Shown in pieces: positions 27,993 through 36,876 of a DNA stretch of 64,000 bases. The stretch covers positions 145 through 64,144 of the forward strand of contig JBPPNF010000047.1 in NCBI GenBank assembly GCA_051306435.1. The letters run 5' to 3'. A model generated the notes under the pieces. The model made no database searches. It was given only the letters and a program-made list of their open reading frames with translations, and was not told the origin of the DNA. The position numbers were made by a program, and so were the translations under genes. The DNA is from Solirubrobacterales bacterium. Lineage in GTDB: Bacteria; Actinomycetota; Thermoleophilia; Solirubrobacterales; JACPNS01. How positions within the stretch are numbered: the first letter of the stretch is position 1; each line of letters starts with the position of its first letter.

Positions 27993-29573
27993 TCATACAG
28001 GCATCACTCCGTGCTTCTTGTCCGGGCGGTCGACGTGCTTGTTCTCGGCCATCTCGAGGGCGCGGATGATGTGGTGGCGCGTCTCGCGTGGGTCGATCAC
28101 GTCGTCGATCATGCCGTTGCCGGCTGCGAGGTAGACGTCGATCATCTTCTGGGCCTCGGCGAGCAGTTCCTCGCGTTTGGCCTCGGGGTCCTCGGCGGCT
28201 TCGATGATCGAGCGACCGATGATGTTCACCGCGCCTTCGGCACCCATCACGCTGATCTCGGCGGTCGGCCATGCGTAGATTGCGTCCGGCTCATAGCCCG
28301 AGCCGTTCATCACGTAGTAGCCAGCGCCGTAACACTTGCGGATCAGGATCGTGACCTTCGGGACCGTCGCACGCGAGGTCGCGTACAAGAACTTCGCGCC
28401 GTGGCGGATGATCCCGGCCTCCTCGACCTTGCTGCCGACCATGAATCCGGGAACGTCCTGGAGATAGATCAGCGGGATTCCATACGCGTCGCAGAGGTTG
28501 ATGAAGCGTGCGGCCTTGTCGGCGGAGTCGTTGTCGAGGATTCCGCCCAGGTGCTTGGGCTGGTTTGCGACGATGCCGACGCTGCGGCCGTCCATCCGCG
28601 CGAAGCAGGTGATGATCGACTTCGCCCACTTCCCCTTCATGTCGAAGTACTCACCGTCGTCGACGATGTGCTTGATGATCTCGTACATGTCGTAGGGCTG
28701 CCGGCTGCTCTCGGGCAGGATGCTGAGCAGCTCTTCCGCGTGGCGGTTGACCGGGTCCTCGGTCGCCTTGATCGGCGGCTTCTCGCCGCTGTGCATCGGC
28801 ATGTAGGAGAGGTAGTCCTTGATCGACTGGATGCACTCGGCGTCGTCGCCACACTCCATGTCGGCGACGCCGCTCTTGCGGTTGTGAACCTTGTAGCCAC
28901 CGATCTCTTCGTCGGTGACGTCCTCGCCGGTTGCGGCCTTGACGAGGTGCGATCCGGCCAGCGCCATCGAGCCCTGGCCCTTGACCATCGGCAGAAAGTC
29001 GGTGAGCGCCGGGACATACGCGGTGCCGGCCGCGCACGGCCCCATGACTGCCGCGACCTGCGGGATGACCCCGCTCATCGTCACCTGTTCGCGGAAGAGG
29101 TGACCGGAGCCGGCGAACAACGATCCGACCGCTTCCTGAATGCGCGCGCCAGCCGAGTCGAGCAGCCAGATCATCGGCATGCGCTTGTTCAGGGCGAGTG
29201 CGCGCAGGCGGGAAAGCTTGACCTCGCCGGTGTAGCCCATCGATCCCGCCATCACGGTGAAGTCGTAGGCACCGACGCAGACCAGGCGGCCGTTGACCCG
29301 GCCGTAGCCGGTGATGACGCCGTCGGCCGGGGCGTCCACGCCCGCGAGCGCGCGCTGCGAGAAGTGCGGGCGCCCGTGCAGGCCGAACTCGACCCAGGTT
29401 CCTTCGTCGATCAACAGCTCGACGCGCTCGCGCGCCGTGAGCTTTCCACGCTCGTGCTGCTTGGCGATCTTTGCGTCGCCGCCGCCCTTGAGGTTGTGTT
29501 CGCGCTTGGCGAGCAGCTCATCGACGAGCTCCTCCATCTGCGACTTCAATTGAGTTGCTTCAGCGTCGTTCAT
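27993..29573 (-). CDS. acyl-CoA carboxylase carboxyltransferase (beta) subunit
   Basis: 526 aa. ERGKLTARERVELLIDEGTW, DGVITGYGRVNGR, YDFTVMAGSMG, DSAGARIQE and MGPCAAGTAYVPALTDF match the PccB/AccD carboxyl-transferase pattern. Confidence 0.85.
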   Translation of the reverse strand: MNDAEATQLKSQMEELVDELLAKREHNLKGGGDAKIAKQHERGKLTARERVELLIDEGTWVEFGLHGRPHFSQRALAGVDAPADGVITGYGRVNGRLVCVGAYDFTVMAGSMGYTGEVKLSRLRALALNKRMPMIWLLDSAGARIQEAVGSLFAGSGHLFREQVTMSGVIPQVAAVMGPCAAGTAYVPALTDFLPMVKGQGSMALAGSHLVKAATGEDVTDEEIGGYKVHNRKSGVADMECGDDAECIQSIKDYLSYMPMHSGEKPPIKATEDPVNRHAEELLSILPESSRQPYDMYEIIKHIVDDGEYFDMKGKWAKSIITCFARMDGRSVGIVANQPKHLGGILDNDSADKAARFINLCDAYGIPLIYLQDVPGFMVGSKVEEAGIIRHGAKFLYATSRATVPKVTILIRKCYGAGYYVMNGSGYEPDAIYAWPTAEISVMGAEGAVNIIGRSIIEAAEDPEAKREELLAEAQKMIDVYLAAGNGMIDDVIDPRETRHHIIRALEMAENKHVDRPDKKHGVMPV

Positions 29574-29576
29574 GCC

Positions 29577-30353
29577 TTATCGGCCCTTCCAGTTGGGTTC
29601 ACGCTTCTCGAAGAACGCCATTGCGCCCTCGATTGCGTCTTCAGTTCCGAGCGCCACGGTGAACTGCGTGTGCAGGTACTCAAGGGCGCTGAAGTACGGC
29701 AGGTCCTGTTGATTGACCATCGAGTCGTGGCCGAGGCGCATCACGACGGGGGCCTTTGCTGCGAGCTTCTCCGCCCAGGCGTCCGTTGCTTCGTCGAGTT
29801 CTTCGCGCGGGACGGCCTTGTTGATCAGGCCGAAATTCACCGCCTCATCGGCAGTCATCCGCTCGCCGAGCAGCAGCATCTCGTTGACCTTCTTGCGCGG
29901 GACGTTGCGGTAGATGATCGCCATGATCATGAACGGGAAGAGCCCGATGTTGATCTCGGGCGTAGAGAACTTCGCCGCGTCGGAGGAGACGATCAGGTCA
30001 CAGGCGAGCGCCACGCCCAGCCCCCCGGCGACCACGTGACCGTTTGCCTTGCAGATCGTCGGCTTGCCGAGTTCGGCGATCGCGCGGAAGAGATCGAGAA
30101 AGCGCGTCGTGCCGTAATGCTTGTGCGCGAGTGGCACGTCCTGCGAGAAGCCGGAGAGGTCGCCGCCGGCGCTGAAGACGTCGCCCGCGCCGGTCAGTAC
30201 GGCGACGCGCACTTCCGGATCGGTCTTTGCCTTGCCGAACGCGTCGACGAGGTCGTCGAGCATCGCGTGGCTCAGCGCGTTGCGCTTGTCCGGCTGGTTG
30301 AGAGTGATCGTCGCGACCCCACCCGCGACCTCGTAAAGAATATTTTCGTACAC
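29577..30353 (-). CDS. enoyl-CoA hydratase/isomerase (crotonase) family protein
   Basis: 258 aa with a GTG start at 30353. ATITLNQPDKRNAL, VAVLTGAGDVFSAGGDL and ANGHVVAGGLGVALACD are crotonase oxyanion-hole segments. Confidence 0.85.
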   Translation of the reverse strand: MYENILYEVAGGVATITLNQPDKRNALSHAMLDDLVDAFGKAKTDPEVRVAVLTGAGDVFSAGGDLSGFSQDVPLAHKHYGTTRFLDLFRAIAELGKPTICKANGHVVAGGLGVALACDLIVSSDAAKFSTPEINIGLFPFMIMAIIYRNVPRKKVNEMLLLGERMTADEAVNFGLINKAVPREELDEATDAWAEKLAAKAPVVMRLGHDSMVNQQDLPYFSALEYLHTQFTVALGTEDAIEGAMAFFEKREPNWKGR

Positions 30354-30370
30354 GCCCGCTCCAGTAAGAA

Positions 30371-30391
30371 GTAAGAAGTTCGACTTCTCAC
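30371..30391. promoter_or_regulatory. 21-bp palindromic operator candidate, site 1: GTAAGAAGT-TCG-ACTTCTCAC
   Basis: 17 nt from the GTG start of crotonase 29577..30353. Preceded by an extra GTAAGAA direct half-repeat (30364..30370). Confidence 0.6.
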
Positions 30392-30414
30392 TCTAACGGA
30401 TCGGTTCGGTGCGC

Positions 30415-31215
30415 TCAGGGACGCGGATCGCCGGAGTCGAAAACCGGCTTCTCGCCGGCCTGCGCGGCCTCGATCGCACCCTTGAAATCATCGTGCGACT
30501 GCGCCAGCGCCATGTACGAAGAAACCATGTCGTAGTGCGTGTCGCGCGGCATCGACTCGGCTGTATGGACAGCTCGTTTGATCAGGCGCTGGGCGAGCTG
30601 CGGGCCGGCGGCGAGCTTCTCGGCCAGGGCGTAAGTGACTTCAGTGAGCTCGTCGCGCGGAACGGACTGGTTGACAAGGCCCCATTCCGCCGCCTGCTCG
30701 CCGTTGATCACTTTGCCGGTCAGGAGCAGCTCGAGCGCGCGCGCCGGTCCGACCAGGTGCGTGAGCAGCCAGGCGCCGCCGTCGCCGGGGACCAGCCCGA
30801 GATTCACGTAGGCCTCGCCGATCTTCGCCTCGTTCGCCGCGATGCGGAGATCGCACAGCAGCGCCATGTCAAACCCCGCCCCCATCGCCGCTCCGTTGAT
30901 CATCGCGATCACAGGTTGGGGCACGCGCTGGAGCGAGCGCTGAACGCGATGGACGTGGTCGCGCAGGAACTCCTTCTTGGCCAGCGGTCCTGACTCTGTC
31001 GCGAGCGTCGCGAACTCACCGCCGGCGCTGAAGGCCTTCCCGGCGCCTGTGACCACGATCGTGTGCACGGATCTGTCGGCCGCGAGCCGGTCAAGAGCGT
31101 CGGCCCATTCGTCGACGAACTCGCCGTCGAAGGCGTTGAGCCTGTCGGGCTTGTTCAGCGTCAGCGTGGCGACATGCGTCGCCGCGTCGACCTCGGTGAG
31201 GATCACATCGGACAT
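30415..31215 (-). CDS. enoyl-CoA hydratase/isomerase (crotonase) family protein
   Basis: Start at ATG 31215 (MSDVILTEVDAATHVATLTLNKPDRLNAF). VVTGAGKAFSAGGEF and INGAAMGAGFDMALLCD. Confidence 0.85.
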   Translation of the reverse strand: MSDVILTEVDAATHVATLTLNKPDRLNAFDGEFVDEWADALDRLAADRSVHTIVVTGAGKAFSAGGEFATLATESGPLAKKEFLRDHVHRVQRSLQRVPQPVIAMINGAAMGAGFDMALLCDLRIAANEAKIGEAYVNLGLVPGDGGAWLLTHLVGPARALELLLTGKVINGEQAAEWGLVNQSVPRDELTEVTYALAEKLAAGPQLAQRLIKRAVHTAESMPRDTHYDMVSSYMALAQSHDDFKGAIEAAQAGEKPVFDSGDPRP

Positions 31216-31289
31216 GGCTGGCGACTCTACCGGAGGGGGTTGATTGGTAGGTTGCGCCGGTAACGGCAAGATTCTTCCGGGGAGAGCAC

Positions 31290-31967
31290 ATGGCTGGAGA
31301 GATAGTCGAGTTCGCGTCCAATGGCGGCACCGCCGAGGGGTACCTGGCAACGCCCGAAACACCAAATGGCAAAGCCCTGGTCGTGATCCAGGAGTGGTGG
31401 GGTCTCGTCGACGAGATCAAGGGCATCGCCGATCGCTATGCAGACGCCGGCTACTACGCCCTGGTACCGGACCACTTCCATGGCAACTCGACCGAACAGC
31501 CCGACGAGGCCGAGCAGCAGATGATGGCCATGAACGTCTCCGAGACCGAGAAGGAACTGATCGGCGCGGTTGACTTCATCGCAGAGAAGGCCGGCACCGA
31601 AATCGTCGGCGCGACGGGCTACTGCATCGGCGGGGCCCTGTGCCTGTTTGCCGCTGCGCTGAACCCAAAGGTCGCAGCGAGCTCGAGCTTCTATTATGTC
31701 TTCCCACACGGCAAGCCCGAATGGAGCAAGATCGCGGGACCGGTGCTGATGCACTTCGGAACCGAGGACGCCTTCATTTCGGCCAGCGACATCGAGGCCC
31801 TGACCTCGGAGATGAAAGAAGCTGGCGTGGAACTCGTCGTCGAGTCCTACGAAGGAGCCGGGCACGCCTTCTGCAACACCGCCAACCGCCTCGGCACCTA
31901 CAACGAAGAATACGCCGAGCTGGCCTTCGCGCGCAATCTCGAGTTCTTTGACAAAAACCTCGGCTGA
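31290..31967 (+). CDS. dienelactone hydrolase family protein
   Basis: 225 aa. ALVVIQEWWGL, nucleophile elbow GYCIGG and C-terminal GAGHAF are typical DLH features. Confidence 0.8.
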   Translation: MAGEIVEFASNGGTAEGYLATPETPNGKALVVIQEWWGLVDEIKGIADRYADAGYYALVPDHFHGNSTEQPDEAEQQMMAMNVSETEKELIGAVDFIAEKAGTEIVGATGYCIGGALCLFAAALNPKVAASSSFYYVFPHGKPEWSKIAGPVLMHFGTEDAFISASDIEALTSEMKEAGVELVVESYEGAGHAFCNTANRLGTYNEEYAELAFARNLEFFDKNLG

Positions 31968-31989
31968 ACCGGTCGCTAGATTCGCGCCC

Positions 31990-32538
31990 ATGGCGCGGAG
32001 CATTGCCAAATCACTGGCGGCGGCACTTCTGGCTGGCGCGCTGCTGGCCGGATGCGGCGGCGGGGATCAGTCCTTCACCACGCCGACCTACCCGTTCAGC
32101 TTCGACTACCCCGCAGGCTGGAGGCTCTCGCGCGGCGCCAACTTCACCTACGGCTCGAGCGATGCCGCGGTGCGCTCGGTCTCGGCTGCGCTCAAAGAGC
32201 CGTACGACCAGGTGACGATCACGCAGTACAAGCTGAAGAAGACCCTGCCGGCCGGCACCAACGGCTACCAGCCCGAGGTCGACCGCATCGTCGCGCGTCT
32301 GACCAAACAGGCCGGCGGCAGCGCAGGCGACGCGAAGGTTGTGAAATACGGCGGGCAGCCCGGCTACCGGTACGTCGTCGAGTACCCGGGCGGCAACAAC
32401 CTCACGCTCGAGAACAAGCTGACCTTCCTGTTCAAGGGTCAGTACGAGTTTCAGGTCAACTGTCAGTCGTCCAAAGAGAATCGCGAAGCCCTGAATGAGG
32501 GCTGCGATCAAATTCTCGATTCGCTGAAGTTCAAGTAG
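31990..32538 (+). CDS. lipoprotein of unknown function
   Basis: Start at ATG 31990. Lipobox LLAGC followed by GGGD. No catalytic motif recognised. Confidence 0.55.
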   Translation: MARSIAKSLAAALLAGALLAGCGGGDQSFTTPTYPFSFDYPAGWRLSRGANFTYGSSDAAVRSVSAALKEPYDQVTITQYKLKKTLPAGTNGYQPEVDRIVARLTKQAGGSAGDAKVVKYGGQPGYRYVVEYPGGNNLTLENKLTFLFKGQYEFQVNCQSSKENREALNEGCDQILDSLKFK

Positions 32539-32542
32539 GCAG

Positions 32543-34663
32543 TTACTTGATGCTGCTCCAAGGTCCGTTGCCTTCGCGGTATTCGATCGCGCTGACCTTG
32601 AGATTGTTCGGCGGCCCGGTGCCGCGCTTGAGCTTGTAGGTCTCGGATGTCACGCCTGCGGCCGTCGCGAACGTAAAGATCGCGCTCGGCCCCGGCGAGG
32701 CCGTATACATCTTGCCGCTCTCGGCTTTGACGAGAACCGGTCCCCGCATGGCCTTCGCGACGATCCGCACCCGCCCCGGCTTCGCGGACCAGATCTTCAC
32801 GGTGAGCGACGTGTCGACGAGCCCGTCGCGCACATTGCGACCGCCGACCATCGACAATACTTGCGCAGGTGCTCGAGCGACCATCAGCGTTGACGAGATC
32901 CCGGTGTTCGGGTGAACGCGCTTGGACTCATCCTGAAGGTGCATAGAAAATGAGTTGCTCTCGACCAACCACGCGCTCGGGACCGAGTTGCAGCCCGGCG
33001 CGCCCGACGGTAGGATCGTTCCAGCCTGCCCGGTGTGGAAAAGACATGTCGGCGAGTACACCACGTGCGAATCGATCGGGCGCACCGGAGACACGTAGGC
33101 GCGGTTGAGGTTCGGGTTCCAGAACTCCGTTTCATAGAAGGTCGTCGGATCGGCGTCGGACGGCAGCAGCATCGCCACTTGCTGCGGCGTTGCGCGACTG
33201 ACCCAGTTCAGCGGCGTCGGTTCACGGACGCGCGCCGAGTCGGAGTAGAGCTGTTGGTAGGACCACGCCTTCGCCTGGCTGATCAGCAGGATGAAGAGCG
33301 GCAGAAAGACGGCAAGCGCGCGTCCGTATCGCGCGAGGTCCTCGCGACCCGCCGGGGCCACGCTCGCAACGTAACCGAGCCCCAGGACCAGCGTGAGTCC
33401 GGCCAGAACCATGCCGATGTGCGGAAGCATCCCCTCATTCGAATCCAGCAGGAAGCCCAGGTACGCCTGACCGAACGCATCAAGCGAGAACGGCACCGCC
33501 ACAGCATCGGACTGCATTCCGCTCACGATCACGACCGCGACGGCCACTGAAACTGCGGCGGCCTTCCAGGTGACCCGACCGAACGAGGCGACGAGGCCGA
33601 GAAAAAAGATCGGCCCGAGGTAGAACATGTAACGCTCGTAGAAAATGTGTAGCTCGCGCCAGTGGAGTGGATTGACCGCCGAGAACCAGGTCATCTGCAG
33701 AATGAACGCGACTGTCGCGACCAGAGCGAGCGCGACCAACGCACCGATCAGAGGATCTCGGCGATTTTCGCGCGAGCCGAACAGGGAGAATGTGGCGATC
33801 GCGGGCACGATTGCGCAGAGCAAGTAGACGTCCGCCGTGAAGGCCTTGAACCAGAACCAGATCTCTCCGACACCCGGCAGTTCGAGGGACGTGACCGAGG
33901 CATAGATCCCGAGCGACGCGCGACCACGAACGAGGACGTAAACCAGACCCAGAAGTGCGATCCCACTCAACATCGCCAGCAGAGCGCGCTGCGCGCGAAG
34001 AAACGCAATGCGCTCACCCGGCCCGCGCATCATCGCAACCAACAGGAGCGTCCCGCCAAAGATCGGCAGGAGCAACGCGAACTGCAATCGCGTGAACAGG
34101 GCAAACAGAGTGAGTGCCACCGCGAGGGCCGCAGACCTCCACCCCGGCCTTGCGAGCGCATGAATCATTCCGACAAATGCCGCGGCAGCCGCCGGATAGG
34201 CAAGGCTTTCAGTGCTGACGATCCCGGCATAGTTCAGCGCCGGGACGCTGATCGCGAAGACCGCCGCCAGCATCGCGTACTTCTGCGCGACAAACCAGCG
34301 CGCGGCCACGTAAACCGGGAAGGCGACCGCGCAGATCATCGCGGCGTTGATCGTCTTGACGACTTCGTACTGAGAGGCGACTGAATTCGCGAGCCTGAAC
34401 GCCGGCGCTATCACCACTGGGTAGAGCCAGATACCTCCACCAGTAGGAGCCCCCCGCCAGCTGAAGCCGGTCCCCGCAGCGAGACTCTTGGCCACGCCCC
34501 AGTAGAGAAATTCATCGACGAAGCGCCGCGGCGTCACGACCCCAAGCGCGAGCACAGCAATCAGAACGCTCGCGATCGCCCAGAGCGCAACAACAAACCA
34601 CAGATCGCGCCAGCGCCACCCGGGCACCTGCGCCTCCGGCTCGATCAGAGCAGGGTCTGCCAT
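32543..34663 (-). CDS. GT-C-like polytopic membrane protein (candidate polyprenyl-phosphate-sugar-dependent glycosyltransferase), paralog A
   Basis: 706 aa. Has an acidic RRFVDEFLYW motif after TM1, about 12 further TM helices, and a ~230-aa non-membrane C-terminal domain. This architecture resembles ArnT/PMT_2-type enzymes. Assignment is by architecture only. Confidence 0.5.
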   Translation of the reverse strand: MADPALIEPEAQVPGWRWRDLWFVVALWAIASVLIAVLALGVVTPRRFVDEFLYWGVAKSLAAGTGFSWRGAPTGGGIWLYPVVIAPAFRLANSVASQYEVVKTINAAMICAVAFPVYVAARWFVAQKYAMLAAVFAISVPALNYAGIVSTESLAYPAAAAAFVGMIHALARPGWRSAALAVALTLFALFTRLQFALLLPIFGGTLLLVAMMRGPGERIAFLRAQRALLAMLSGIALLGLVYVLVRGRASLGIYASVTSLELPGVGEIWFWFKAFTADVYLLCAIVPAIATFSLFGSRENRRDPLIGALVALALVATVAFILQMTWFSAVNPLHWRELHIFYERYMFYLGPIFFLGLVASFGRVTWKAAAVSVAVAVVIVSGMQSDAVAVPFSLDAFGQAYLGFLLDSNEGMLPHIGMVLAGLTLVLGLGYVASVAPAGREDLARYGRALAVFLPLFILLISQAKAWSYQQLYSDSARVREPTPLNWVSRATPQQVAMLLPSDADPTTFYETEFWNPNLNRAYVSPVRPIDSHVVYSPTCLFHTGQAGTILPSGAPGCNSVPSAWLVESNSFSMHLQDESKRVHPNTGISSTLMVARAPAQVLSMVGGRNVRDGLVDTSLTVKIWSAKPGRVRIVAKAMRGPVLVKAESGKMYTASPGPSAIFTFATAAGVTSETYKLKRGTGPPNNLKVSAIEYREGNGPWSSIK

Positions 34664-36759
34664 TTTCCGTCAGGACCCGAGACGCTCATGTCATCCACGG
34701 AGACGTCCGCCGGTAGTCCGCCCGGCGTCTTCACGGTGAAGGTCGTGTAGACCTCGTTGGCCGGCACGTCGATCGTCAGCGTGCCGCTCTTGCCCGCGTT
34801 TATGACCGTCGATCCGCCGCCCCGGGCTTTCACGACAACGCTTGACCTGCTGGCACGCAGCTTCAAACGCAGCTTGCCGGGCTTGTCGAGGAAGGTGCGC
34901 GTGTTCAGAGCGTTCTGCACGATGCCGGTGCGCACTGCTCGTCCGTCCACCAGCGACAGAATGCGTGGCGGCGGCTCGCCGACCATCAGAGTGAGCGTGG
35001 GCCACGACGTCGACGGGTGCACGCGCTTGACCTCGTCCTTCAGGTGCATCGTCACCGTGTCGCTGCGCAGATACCAGGCGTTGGGCACGGTGTCGCAGCC
35101 GGTGCCGAGGATCTCGCCGGTCTCTGACCAGTCGAACTTGCAGTTCGGCGAGTACATGACCGGAGAGACGATCGGCTTCGCATCCGTTGCGAACGCGCGC
35201 ACCACGCGGTTGTTCCAGAACTCGGTAGTGAAGTACGAGAGCGGATCATCGGTCGAGGTGACAATCATCCCGACTTCTTCATCGGTGTTTTTGTCGATGA
35301 AGTTGGCGGGCTTGGGGAACTGCTCGAAGGCCTGTGTCGAGTACTTCCGCGCGTCGTTCCAGGTCTTCACCTGCGCCTGCACGAGCCAGACGAACGTGAA
35401 GGCGATCAGCACCCAGTAGAGGATCTTCCTCACCAGTTTGTGGTCGATCGTCGAGAGCACGTAGACCAGACCGACAAGCAGCGTGACGCGGGCGAGCGTC
35501 ATGCCGATCTTCGGCGCGACGTCGGGGTGCGTGCTCATGTAACTGGCGATCGTGGTCAGGCCGAACGAGTCGTACGAGAACGGCACGAGCACGGCATCTG
35601 TCTGGAAACCGCTGACGATCGCGGTCGCCGCCGCTACGGACACGAGCGCGGAGGTCCAGGAGACGCGGTTCCACGACGCGACAAGGCCGAGGAAGAAGAT
35701 CGGCCCGAGGTAGAACATGTAGCGCTCGTAGAAGATGTGCCGCGTGCGCCACTGGTACGGGTTGGTCGCCGAGAACCAGGAGATCTGCGCGATGAAGAAG
35801 AGTGACGCCATCACCGCGAGCGCGAGCAGCGCACCGATCAGTGGATCGCGGCGGTTCTCGGCTCGTCCGAACATCGCCATCGTCGCGATCACCGGGACGA
35901 TTCCGCAGAGCAGATAGACGTCCGCCGTGAAGGCCTTGACCCAGAACCAGAGCGCCGAGAATTCAAGCGCGACGCCGTCGAAGACGCCCTGGTAGAGCCC
36001 GAATGCGCCCTTGCCCTGGGCGAGAATCGCGATGCTGCCGAGCACCCCGAGCACAGCGATCGTGAGCCATACCGAGCGCCGTTCTTTGAGGTACCGCGTG
36101 CGGCTGCCGGGCTCGGCCATCAGTGCCGCGAGCAGCAACGTGCCGAGGAAGATCGGCAGCAGCACGACAAACTGCGTGCGGGCGAGCATCGCCAGAACGA
36201 TCATCGCGAAGGCAAGCAACGTGTTGCGCGGCCGCGGCCGCGCCAGCGCGAGCAGGACCGCTCCGCAGGCGGCGGTGAAGATGAAGTAGCCGAGGTTCTC
36301 CGTGCCGATGATTCCCGCGTAGTTCATCGCCGGTACCGAAACGACGAGAATCGCCACGACCAGCGCGCGCCAGCGGTCCAGGTAGAGGCGCCCGAGCAGG
36401 TAGGCAGGGAAGATCGTTCCGACGATCATCATCGAGTTGATCAGGTGCACGCCGGTGTACTGACCCGGCACCGTCTTGGCAAACCAGAACGCCGGAGCGA
36501 GCAACATCGGGTAGAGCGTGCTGCGCATGTTCAGGTCTGCGCCGCGCCAGGTCATGCCGTCGCCGCCGGCCCAGTTCTTGCCCAGCGCCCAGAAGAGGAA
36601 CTCGTCCTGGTAGCGACGCGGCGATTCATGGCCGGTCGCAAGCAGGTAGATGATCACCGTGAGCAGAGCCCAGATGCCGGTGATGATCCAAAGCTCAAAG
36701 CCGCGTTCGCGCAGCCAGGCGCCGGCGTCGCTGCGCCATTCTGCAAAGTTCGCTTTCAC
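34645..36759 (-). CDS. GT-C-like polytopic membrane protein, paralog B
   Basis: 704 aa. Has RRYQDEFLFW after TM1 and shares long identical blocks with paralog A (IFYERYMFYLGPIFFLGLVAS, KAFTADVYLLC). Its stop overlaps the paralog A start by 19 nt. Confidence 0.5.
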   Translation of the reverse strand: MKANFAEWRSDAGAWLRERGFELWIITGIWALLTVIIYLLATGHESPRRYQDEFLFWALGKNWAGGDGMTWRGADLNMRSTLYPMLLAPAFWFAKTVPGQYTGVHLINSMMIVGTIFPAYLLGRLYLDRWRALVVAILVVSVPAMNYAGIIGTENLGYFIFTAACGAVLLALARPRPRNTLLAFAMIVLAMLARTQFVVLLPIFLGTLLLAALMAEPGSRTRYLKERRSVWLTIAVLGVLGSIAILAQGKGAFGLYQGVFDGVALEFSALWFWVKAFTADVYLLCGIVPVIATMAMFGRAENRRDPLIGALLALAVMASLFFIAQISWFSATNPYQWRTRHIFYERYMFYLGPIFFLGLVASWNRVSWTSALVSVAAATAIVSGFQTDAVLVPFSYDSFGLTTIASYMSTHPDVAPKIGMTLARVTLLVGLVYVLSTIDHKLVRKILYWVLIAFTFVWLVQAQVKTWNDARKYSTQAFEQFPKPANFIDKNTDEEVGMIVTSTDDPLSYFTTEFWNNRVVRAFATDAKPIVSPVMYSPNCKFDWSETGEILGTGCDTVPNAWYLRSDTVTMHLKDEVKRVHPSTSWPTLTLMVGEPPPRILSLVDGRAVRTGIVQNALNTRTFLDKPGKLRLKLRASRSSVVVKARGGGSTVINAGKSGTLTIDVPANEVYTTFTVKTPGGLPADVSVDDMSVSGPDGKWQTLL

Positions 36760-36815
36760 GTCCCGGCGAGACTAAACGCGGATGCGGCCGCAGGTTCCAG
36801 CGCACTTCGGATAAA

Positions 36816-36836
36816 GTGAGAACTAGGACTTCTTAC
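36816..36836. promoter_or_regulatory. 21-bp palindromic operator candidate, site 2: GTGAGAACT-AGG-ACTTCTTAC
   Basis: 40 nt upstream of the acyl-CoA dehydrogenase ATG. Inverted orientation relative to site 1, with a flanking TTTCCAC (the complement of the extra half-repeat). Confidence 0.55.
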
Positions 36837-36876
36837 TTTCCACTTTCACCGAGCCAGACCCTGCGGAGGATCAACG

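Noticed and set aside
27774-30374. 866-aa plus-strand ORF, and similar long ORFs (41274..43478, 49362..50792, 9286..10464, 24240..25316, 38482..39552)
   Set aside because: They run antisense to genes with clear family signatures. Their translations are Arg/Ala/Gly/Asp-rich with no motifs. They are typical open antisense frames in GC-rich DNA. Only the last 70 codons of 41274..43478 form a real gene (the biotin carrier).
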